Shown in pieces: positions 54,201 through 64,000 of a stretch of DNA of 64,000 bases. Position 1 is the first letter of the stretch. Each line of letters opens with the position of its first letter. The notes under the pieces are model-generated. The model ran no database searches and was not told the DNA's origin. It was given only the letters and a program-made list of their open reading frames with translations. This stretch comes from Yuukianura sp. NJ FZ-2021 (Eukaryota), in the NCBI GenBank assembly GCA_046563655.1, contig CM102290.1, positions 1,612,001 through 1,676,000 of the forward strand. Direction: 5' to 3'. The translations under genes and the position numbers were made by a program.

Positions 54201-56307
54201 AATGCATTTTCTAATTTGAACTTTTTTTTTCTTTTATAGAAACCCGCCAACTACCGAATCGAACGAACTGGTTCTGTCATATGATTCAACTCTAGACGAA
54301 AGTTCGCGCCGAAATTCAAACCGGTTTCGGAGTAACCGAAACCGCGCTGGAACCAAACCGAGTAATAAGCAGACCGAAACTGAAAACACTAGCAGCACAG
54401 TCACGTCCGTGTTTAGTAACTCCGTGACACCGTCGACTGCAGCGCCACCTAGAAAATTCACTCGTGGCAGGACATCAGCTGGTTCAAGCGCGGGAAAAAC
54501 CAGCCAAGAATTCAAATTGGGCAACTCACGAACCACATTTGGCGGGCAGCCTGGCCGAGCACAACAGTCCTACATTACCCCAACGTCATCTACGTCAATC
54601 TACAGATTCAAATTGAACCGCCCCACCGGTAGATGGCGCTTTAAACCTTCTCCTAAACCAAAAGTAAACATAATCAAAACAAAAGAAGAGGAAGACCAAG
54701 CCAAAAACAAGGAATTCAAAGATCTGCAAGCGGCAAATTCAAATAATGGCGCCATCTACCCGCAAGGATACAACGACCAAGGGGAGCCATATGAAATTCA
54801 AACAGGGGAAGAGTCACGGACGGAGTCAAATGAACTGGGACAAGAAGAAGACGGGCTGGCGGCGGGTCAGGGTCCGCCCGAACTGGTTCCCGAAACTATC
54901 CGAGTGGCTACGGTGACTCCAACGGAATTTAGTGATTTTGAAAATAGCCGCGTCATTGAAATAGCTACTATTCGGTCTCCATATGTATTTCAAGCGGGAA
55001 ATGTTAAAAATACAAGGTACATAACTCTGACGAAAACGTTTACGAAGGAGATGATCCAGCCGACTCAAGTAGCTCCAAGTTTTGGCGGGAATCCGACACT
55101 CGAGAATATTTTGGCCACGAGGGCTCCTTATGATAGAATTCTGGAAGGATCCAGTAACATTGCTACCCTGCCGGTAATTGTGCTCGGTAGTGACACGGCC
55201 ACGCCCCCTTTGGAAACTGTCACACAAACGTTTAGTACGACGCAGGTCAGTGATTCTAAAGAACAATCGCGGGTTCAGCGGGGAAAAAAAAACGAACGTT
55301 TTTGGAGAAATCTCAAGTGGCCCCAACCGCTTATGAATTTGTTTGAACAATAGGAAAAGAAAATTATCTTTTAATATTAATTTTTTGACAGTTGATGTTG
55401 AAAACGAGTATCCTGCCGGTTCTGTACGATGGAGTGACTACGCTTTATACACTGACGCAGTCGTACTTGGTGACCCGCCTGGTGGCTGCCTACAAAACCC
55501 TCCCTCCGGCGGAGCTGTTCCACTTCGTACCCACCAAATCCCTTACTGAGTTCAACACCGCCTTACAAGTGAAATTTCAAAAATAACTTCTTTTTTTAAA
55601 ATTCGGTTTCATAATTTTGAAATTTTGAAAAACAGGAAGCTGGAACTGAGCACCGCGAGCAGCTCCTTGGATCCGAAAATGAGAACGACGCCAACTACGA
55701 GAATATCGTAGCTCCACCAGACGTAATAACAAAGCAGCAGTTTCGAAAAGAAATTTTCTTGAAAAACGTTTCAAAACGTTTTTTTTTATTTCAGGAGCTC
55801 ATTTCCGTCGGGTCAGACTTTGACCCGAGCTCAATGGACGAAAAATACATGAAGGGCGTTGCCAAAAATCAGGCAACGACAAAAGCTGTCGTGCCACTGT
55901 CAAAACCCAAGGATCCATCAATTCCAGACCTGTCCAGCCTCAGTCCAGAGCAACTGGCGTTCCTCAGGTACTTTGCCAGTACAGGTCAAGCGGCGGGTCA
56001 AGGACTCCTTCCAATGCAGCAACCACTACAGAACTACTTCCCCTCTCCGTTGCTCCAGGGAGGTCACCAAGGTCAATTCCCATTGGTCGCTTCGTCTCCT
56101 GTTGTAGTCAACACGGTCACAACAGTAGTTGAAACGAAGACTCTTCGGATTCAGTTTGGCGCCAAACCAACCCATACGATTCTCTACTCTACCCGAATAG
56201 TTCCGACTCAAGTGACGAGCTATGTCGCAGCCTCCGTTCAGCCTACTGCTGCCATACCAAACTTCTTCCAGCCACACCACCCATTTCCACTAGCATACGT
56301 CGGTTAA
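48260..56307 (+). CDS. Large secreted Ser/Thr-rich protein of DUF4758 type
   Basis: Inferred first exon 48260-48332 (MCSKGKTILHLVVTSCTVAILIVVG) splices in phase 1 to 51887; motifs TQTVYGFLDFVTTVGNTVMIFTP, TTVHETKVLGTFIGTQYARILESSS, TTLYTLTQSYLVTRLV, TKTLRIQFGAKPTHTILYST; family recalled from memory. Confidence 0.78.
48380..48664. mobile_element. CAAGG...CCTTG MITE, intact sibling of the split 35301 copy
   Basis: CAAGGTGGATAAACAAAGAAATACT...GTAGCAACCTTG; flanks CTTTGCAG / CTTTACAG. Confidence 0.88.
50760..50900. repeat. Degenerate ~11-bp minisatellite (GTCAGTGTAAA-like), about 12 copies
   Basis: Periodic GTCA...AAA units. Confidence 0.75.
51566..51814. mobile_element. CAAGG...CCTTG MITE copy
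   Basis: Family match; flanks TTTTGTAG / GTTTGTAG. Confidence 0.88.
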
Positions 56308-57475
56308 GTTAACGTACAAACACTTTTTTTACTATATAAGTTATGCATAAGTCGCGTAGAACGTTTTCCCGCCAAAAATTTAGTTGAAAAAAGATGTATG
56401 CCCATTCCATACGCATTCCCATTTGCCCAACTCCGAAACGAATCGGATCCTGAGGGATCAGTTTGAAAAATACCGCGCCATTTTGAACAACAAACGTTTA
56501 AGCTAAAATAGTACTATAGATTGGAGCGATAAATTAGTTACTAATATGTTAGTACATTGATCCTAGGTGCATAGTGTGTTTAGAGGTTGTGCTCAAAAAA
56601 GTGTTTAAAAAATTCACATTTTTTAATCCAATTTTTTTTTGTATTGTGGAACAGTAGATAACTAGTTTTTAAGACAATAATTAATTAATTAACGCAACGA
56701 CTTTTGTAAACACTTTTTGGTACATAATAAAGGCAATGCAATTTCCATTTTCTAAAATTGAGAAATTAGTTACACAAAAGGTATGCGAAGTTAGGACCAG
56801 GCAGAGTTGGAGAATATCAATTAATTGACTTAATTAATTAATTAGTGATTCAATTTAAAGTTAAACAGAACAAAAAAACAACCAATGGCCTCTCCCAACG
56901 TTATTGTTGTTAAAAAATGAATCTACGCCGTTAATTCTGAGACACCGAAGTTGGCGCCTCCTTTTAGCCCGCACTTTTTTGAATTTCTATAAACCGACAA
57001 AAGTCAATCCTCAACCGAAAAATGAAACAATTCACAAAACAACATAAACACAAACAGTACAAAGAAGTTCATCAATTACTAATTGGGTTGGGTTCCATTA
57101 ATTAACACTTGACGTTTTAAAAACACAATTAAAACTACAAATGGACAGCAGTCGTTACCTCTAATTTCACCTTTCGCTGTGTACAAGCAAGGAAGTTCAA
57201 CGAAGAACGTACCGAACAGGCAACCCATCTATTGGAACATAACGATTTTTCACTAAAGTGCGGCCTCCTAAACCTTACAATAATCGTTTAATCTCCACTC
57301 AATCCAATACTGTGACTGGCTTTGCCAACGAAGTACTGAAATAACAAGAAGACTGTGCCTAGTTAAGTTAAGAATCTCCTTATTTTACGATTCAAGTAAG
57401 TCAAATGAGTATGTTCAAACTTAATATTTAACATTACGGTCTCTGATTGTTGATTTTAATTTATTTAATTAGAAG

Positions 57476-60351
57476 ATGAACAATAGAGGACCAAGATTCT
57501 CACCGAGAACTCGTCGTGCAATACTAGCCATTCCAATACCAGATTTCCAGTCGCCACGTCGAATGCGGCTACCAACTACCAATGCACAACGGCACGTCGC
57601 TCGTCGTCTGATGATGTCACGAACTAATTCCTCCACATCTAATATTATCAAGGGGTCCTCCGAAGTGCGTGACAACATTCGAGTGGTCGTGCGAGTTCGT
57701 CCACCAAATTCCGCTGAAAGTGTGGCAGCACATAGGTAAAAGCCAAAAGTTCAGCTTTTACTTTGAGAAGATTCGTCGTTTTGTACTAAACGTTTCGTTT
57801 TGTTTAGAATCGTGGTGGAAGTAGAAGATGAGAATGTGGTGGTGTTTGACCCAAAGGAATCGTACTCGGACTTTTATTTTCATGGGAAGAAGCAGAATAG
57901 TAAGCTTATCATTGTGAAGGAAACATTCATTTCTAATAATTAATTTCTTTATGAACTTGTGTGAATAATTACTTTACAGATAACACACATTTTAAGAGGT
58001 TCAAAGATACAAAATTTGTCTTCGACCGTGTTTTTTCTCAAGAATCTTCCAACATGGAGGTCTTCCAGGAAACGATCCAAAAAAATCTGGACTCTCTACT
58101 TGAAGGCTTTAATTGTTCCAGTGAGTAAAAAGTTAACTGATTCTAAGTAATCCAAATCAGACTTTATCATCAACGGGCTATGTTTATTTTTAGTTTTTGC
58201 TTATGGAGCTACTGGTAGTGGAAAAACTTTCACAATGCTGGGATCGGGACCAGAAAATCCAGGACTTACTCTGCTCACAGTAACAGATCTGTATGAGAGG
58301 CTGGATAAAATCGATCCGGGATATGCCTCATCTGTTAGTGTGTCATATCTGGAGGTAAATCTTAGGGATGTCAAATATTTACTAACAATTTAAAAACTTT
58401 AGCTTAATGATCTGCTCGTTTTTATTGTAGATTTACAATGAAACAGTGAGGGATTTATTGAAACCAGACGCAAACAAGCCTGGAGGTTTACATCTGATGG
58501 AAGATGCAAACGGAGTAACTGTCCCGAGTCTCACCACGATTACTCCACAAGGACAATATCATTTGCTAAGCCTTTTGTCCGAAGGAAATCGTAGGAGAAC
58601 TCAGCATCCAACTGATCACAATTCAGAATCCTCCAGGTCTCATGCCGTCTTCCAAGTAAACAAAAATTTTACAACTTTTTAACTCGATTGTGGTAATTAT
58701 AAAGAGTTTGTTTATTTCAAGGTTAACGTCACAATTAAAGCAAAGTTTGAAGATATGAAGAGGAAAGTCCGAAATGCCAAGTTAGTCATGGTTGACTTGG
58801 CTGGTTCAGAACGAGCGTCCGCCACACTATCCAGCTCTGACCGATCTCGTGAAGGAGCCTCAATCAATAGATCACTTCTGGCCCTTGGGAATTGTATTAA
58901 TGCTCTGGCAGATGGAAAGTCACATGTACCCTACCGTGACTCCAAGTTAACTCGACTTTTGAAGTATTGTCTTGGAGGCAATTGCAAATCCATTATCATT
59001 GCAAACGTTTCTCCATCGTCGCTATCGTATGACGACACACATAATACTCTCAAGTATGCCGACAGAGCGAAGCATATTCGTGTCAATGTGAGTCATTTTG
59101 AAAAAAAGTTTACTATTTACTTTATTTTGTATTGTAAATTGTAATCGTTGCAGGTGAAGAAGAATGAGATCTTATGTGGTGCTCGGTTGGGCGAGTATTC
59201 TCGATTAATCCAAGAGTTACAGAGTCAAGTGACCTCGCTTCAGAGCAAAGTTGACCTGTACGCAAACTGCACTTGTATTTCCCTGCAAGAGTCAGATCAG
59301 AAATCAAACCATCAGCAAAAACCAGCGATTCAGCCACTTACCAATGGCACCAGAATGCCCCTGGGACCTTCTCAAAGCGACAACACAATTTCTTCAGGAG
59401 CTGCTCAAGTCCAAGTTCAAAACTTCAAGAATCTGAAACGAAAATTCCACGAATCCAGTGACTCCCTGTCTCTGTTGAATCGACGGATTGGCATCAAGAA
59501 ATCAAGGATGGCCGACATGGAAAAAATCCTTGATTTGAACGCCATACCGGTATGTTTTTGTTTACTTCTCTCGTACTGGATCTTACTGTCACAACTCTTG
59601 TATCTAGGCTGCCAGGCGTCTCCATAGCCAGCTTCTGTCGCTAGAGGCAACCCGAAACGTAGTAGAGAGTGACTGTGGCAAGGCTGAGGAAGAAATGACA
59701 CAGATGCTGAAACAGATTCCGGAAACAGAAGTGACCACAATTACACGCCAGGAGTTCCTGAGACTCAATGGACTAGAAGTATGAAATGGCAAGAGACATT
59801 CTACTCTAGCAACCTAACCTAACATAAAAAAAAAGTAGAATGTGAAATTTTTACAAAAACGTTTGTTTTTTTCGCTGATCGCTCAGTAGAAAGAGTTTTA
59901 CTCTAGTGTTTTTTTTAGGTTAGGTTGCTAGGAGTAGTAGAACAATTAATCGTGCAAGAATCTTAATGCAATGTATTATAATTGTTATTTCCAGGCTGAG
60001 TTAAAGATCCTACAGAACTCGAGAGACAGGCACAGGGATTTTCTGACTAATGAACTGGAGAGGACTTACAACCTGTTGTCTCGACATGTTCAAATCTCTG
60101 GTCAATTGTTTAACAGAGGCAATGTCCCAGTACATGACACGCTTGGCCAAGCTTTTATAGTACGTTCTTATACATGGTCTTACTAAATTTCGTGATTGAT
60201 AGTACTTGATTCCTGATTTGTTTGAAAATAGGCGTCAAAGAAGGAGTTCTTTGGATTGGACAGACACGTTCGATTTGCAGATGAAGATAAAATCGAAACT
60301 GATCTAGGTGAAGAAAAAGAAAACTTGAACACGACGTTTGTCCGAAGCTAA
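57476..60351 (+). CDS. Kinesin-8 (KIF18/Klp67A-like), about 10 exons
   Basis: [18 protein letters not shown]...FYFHGKKQ (kinesin-8 loop 2); [21 protein letters not shown] (P-loop); [66 protein letters not shown]; stop inferred at 60351. Confidence 0.94.
59797..59942. mobile_element. Intronic hairpin MITE-like element with CCTAA/TTAGG in its arms
   Basis: CTACTCTAGCAACCTAACCTAA ... TTAGGTTAGGTTGCTAGGAGTAG. Confidence 0.6.
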
Positions 60352-61363
60352 ATTCCAAATTGTCTAACAACAGTAAGTGAATCAGCTATCTAGTACAAAA
60401 TATTATCACTTACTTTAACCTAACACCTCACAAATGTTATTCGCTATTAGTGTGACCCCAAATAACCTCTACCAACTGTTGTGTCAAATATTTTTACAAT
60501 GTCAATTAAAACATAATAGTTTTTGTTAAAATTGTGGGCGGAGCATAACAAATAGTGAATCAGCTCTGTCCAACTTACTTTTAAGTGGTGTGAAAACGTT
60601 TTTTATTTGTAGTTTTTTATGGTAAACTAACTGTGTACTAGAGTTCCAGGTATTAAGGCTCTTAATTAGTTTAAATTAATTAAAATATTTTACTTTTGAT
60701 CTACTTTACAACCTCATCGTCTGTAGAACATGGGAGGAGTCGGAAGTCCAAGGTCAAGGTTTAGGTCAAAACAATTATTATTATGTTTTCATAGTTTAAT
60801 TAATTTGGTACTAACTAAATGCTGAATTGGAAATAACAATTTTTTAATGAAACTTTCCAGTTAGTGCCAGTAGTAGGAAAATAGTTTGTTTTTAAATAAA
60901 CGGCATGATTTTTCGTAAGGTCAATCCGAAACAGAAGTGGCACGGGAATCAGTTCGGTGTGTAAGAAAGAAGCTACTACAAGTTATGTAACTTGTGATAA
61001 GTTAACAAGTTACATAAGATAAGTTACATAAGTTATGTAAACATGAACAAGACTTTGGGAAAGACGGAGTTGTGTTAGGCTATGGTAAAAACATTTCCTG
61101 GAAACTGAAAAATTGACAAAAAAAAAAGGTTAACACAGTTAAGATTTTTTTCATATACTTAGGAAAGATAATTAGTGTTGATTAGGAGTCAGTCGTGTCA
61201 GCAGCGTCCAGGCTCATCTGATCAATTCACAATTCATCAATTTACTTGTAGCCGTATAACATTCTTATTCTTTGCCATTCAAATAACGTTAGATGGCTAT
61301 TTACTTTTCGTATTGATCTTATGTAGTTGAATTGGTTGGGTGTAGTTGCTTGTAGTTTGTAGT

Positions 61364-62612
61364 TTAGTTTGATGGAGCTGGAACAGTCGGCGGAGCGAGC
61401 CGAGAGACCAAGCCAATTACTTTCCGAATAATGTTTCCGACTGCTGCTGGACATCGAGGAGAGTTACTCACATGTTCCATTTTGACACGAATTTCGGAGA
61501 ACATGGTTCTGGTATAGTGATTTCGTCGTGATGCGTAACGAAGAGTCAGGAATCGATAGTAGACGAATGGAGTGATGAGTGAGGCCTTCCCTCTGAAAAA
61601 ACAAACAAAAGAATTCAATTGAGCACGAAATATTTTATTGGTGTTGAGATTAATAAACGATGAGGCCGATGGGAGGATACACAGTCATATTGATCGAGCA
61701 AACTCAAGGAACCGAACAAGTCAAAAATCAATAACGCAGTTGTTCAAAACCGAATTAGTTGAGCAGTTGAACATTGTGATGATTAAACTTACGCAAAGGT
61801 GTAGATGGTAGCAAATAACATGAGAAGGATCTCTGCTGCTGCTGCCATTCGAAGAATAGTCACAGTCTGGAATTCGACGATTGAAATGAACAGTCGTCCA
61901 ATCCATACTTGGTTTCTGCCCAATGCCTATCCAGAACAATTGCAAACCATTGAAAATGGTATACCTAACATGTCACAAATGTTAATACGTGTAACAACTT
62001 ACATCCAGAAGGTTGAGCGAGAATGACGCGAAATGAAGTATAGCAAAAAGTCCGATCGGTAGGATTGCCACTAGAAAGAAATCAATCATAAAAATTAAGC
62101 CATCTATGCATGTACCGTAAAGTTCTAAGATTGACTTGGACAATGTTAAACTTACGAGTGATGGGTTGAGAGTAAATAAATATGAGAGAGTAGAAGAGGT
62201 AATGACAAGAGTCCTCCAGCATCAACTGTGCAAAGAATAATTGCGTAAACGACGGAGGCGGTAGGCGCTGATGAAGACGTAGGGCCGACGTTGCTGCCGC
62301 TGCCATAAATGCTTTGTAGTAGAAATTTGAAGCATGTCTATAAAAAAAGTACACCAACTTTAGATCCAAGATTATCAATCACACGTTAATCAATCAATTA
62401 GAAACTAATTACCCGAAGATTGGTACGAGGTACAGAAATCCAAATCCAATTGTCATCAGACGAGTGACCCACTGCGCAAAGTCAACCTTCCGAGCCTTGA
62501 CAACTGCAACGAATTTATCCCATTGGGCCGGTGGTGGAGTCGGAATTGATGAATTAGGCTGGTCACCTTGACCCTGGCTCTGCTCTTCCTGATTCTGTTC
62601 TGTTTCAGCCAT
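61364..62612 (-). CDS. TMEM33: TMEM33 / Krueppel homolog 2 (UPF0121)
   Basis: FYYKAFMAAAATSALRLHQRLP...LMLEDSCHYLFYSLIF; SLITPFVYYRFLTLRYASRRNHYTRTMFSEIR...SRLAPP. Confidence 0.94.
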
Positions 62613-63410
62613 TTTCTTACCAAATCCGGGACAGAGGATGACAGTTACAAAATTCGGCTGCTCAGATCCAAGTTTAGTCACCGATAGTTCGACAACTTTC
62701 TGTTTCTCTAAAAAACAAGTTCGAAAAACAAGTCCAAACAATGAGTTTCAAAGTTCCTATAGCAACAAAATAGAATTAACTATTAAAAAGTTAAAAATCT
62801 ATTTTCTTGTTTACGAACCTGGATGAGTTTCCTCTCCAGTTAAGCAATGCCGCAGATGACTCACCGAATTAACTAATTTGCGAAACTGCTCACTAGTTCG
62901 TAAGCTAAGAAGAAAGAAGGGAAATGGACTACGATTCGAGTTCGTAAGCCGAAAGAGAAAAGAACTGAAATGACCACTTTCTGTGCTGCACTACTTTTCG
63001 CAATTGCAAAAAAAAAATTAAGCCGATGTGTGTTAATCCTTCATGATGATTGACGCATGCGCAGAAGAGGTGTGGTTTCCCGTTTTGAAACAAGGAGGAA
63101 ATGACCTGCAATTTCAAACATATGACACGCAGCAGTCGGCATTTTTCGCTCCATAGAAACACTCCGTTATGCTAATCTTATCGTTAATAAGCGATAAGTG
63201 AGTGATTAGTAAGTAGTCTGATGTTATCGCGTTATCTCTCGTAACTAATCAGTTGCAATGTTAGTAAACAAAAAAAAGTTTCATAAATTGACTTTATTTT
63301 TAACTCGAAGTCTCATATAAGAAGGCAGTACTTACTTCATACATATAATTTTTCAAATAAGTTTTGTATAAGCGTACTTAATATTTTTCGGAAACCAATG
63401 AGTTTTCATT

Positions 63411-63610
63411 GGTTTAACGATAATCACTGTAGCCGAACATTGTACCCATGTTGTGTGGCTACAGTAGGTGGCTGTATCTGAGTGGCAACATTTGTAGCCA
63501 CCACAAGATAAGCGGCAACATAAGTATAGCAACAGCGTATTCACCTATTGTAGACGCAAAGTGGCTACACAGTGTGGCTACAATGCCGATCGCTAAACCT
63601 TAACCCAACC
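63411..63610. mobile_element. Copy of the GTGGCTAC-rich MITE family
   Basis: GGTTTAACGATAATCACTGTAGCC ... GGCTACAATGCCGATCGCTAAACCTTAACCCAACC; TTTCATT(G) on both flanks. Confidence 0.7.
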
Positions 63611-64000
63611 TTTCATTGAATTGATAAAACGTTAAGTAAACGTTAGGGTTTGAGCGGTGGTGTGAACTGGCGGCAAACGAACTCAAGTTCAAATTTGTGC
63701 GGAGTGAAAACTCAGTGTTTTTGAGCTTTTTAAGTACTTTTTGTATTTTTTTGTGTTAAAAGAGTAGGGAGAGTGGGTGGACGGGAGTAGTGGGTGTTGA
63801 TCTCTGAGGTTTTTTGATGGGAAGAGGAAAACAAGTTTCTCTTCTTTTTCTGCAAGGAATTCCTACCATTTATTTGTGTGCTCTTCTTCCTTTCGTCCTC
63901 GCAGCAGCTGATCACTTTGCCAATAAATTGTTGTTATCCCAATCTAAGAGTCCAAGAAGTACAGAAGAAGACGAGGAGAGCCTTGTCATTTTCTCAGCAT

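Noticed and set aside
54826..55350. 174-aa minus-strand ORF
   Set aside because: Shadow of the plus-strand DUF4758-like exon
63730..64000. Possible gene fragment at the window end
   Set aside because: Too little sequence and no recognisable motif to assign strand or product

Overview
A gene-dense, AT-rich eukaryotic window with many short GT-AG introns. It is most likely arthropod/hexapod, inferred from an LCCH3-type GABA receptor subunit, a quiver-like Ly6 gene, a DUF4758-type gene and TTAGG-like repeats. About 16 spliced protein-coding genes can be reconstructed by eye: two tandem K2P potassium channels, MAGE/NSE3, PHF12, LIN-9, AADAT, an unknown single-pass membrane protein, an MCCB-like carboxyltransferase, mitochondrial CysRS, a RING-H2 protein, LCCH3, a Ly6/quiver-like protein, a UBE2J2-like E2, a DUF4758-like secreted protein, kinesin-8 and TMEM33. 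The non-coding DNA is rich in small DNA-transposon derivatives. These include a CAAGG...CCTTG MITE family with 8-bp TSDs (P-element-like), GG-terminated hairpin MITEs, a DD41D Tc1/mariner remnant, a probable Helitron 3' end, and two arrays of a 59-bp satellite. The most striking structures are (i) a multi-layer nested transposon containing what looks like a P-type excision footprint, (ii) a satellite shared by two different element types and showing incipient higher-order structure, and (iii) a long hairpin MITE just upstream of the AADAT start codon. Exon boundaries were read by eye and some termini are approximate. No prokaryotic-type system (CRISPR etc.) is present, and I found nothing I can firmly call a new biological system.
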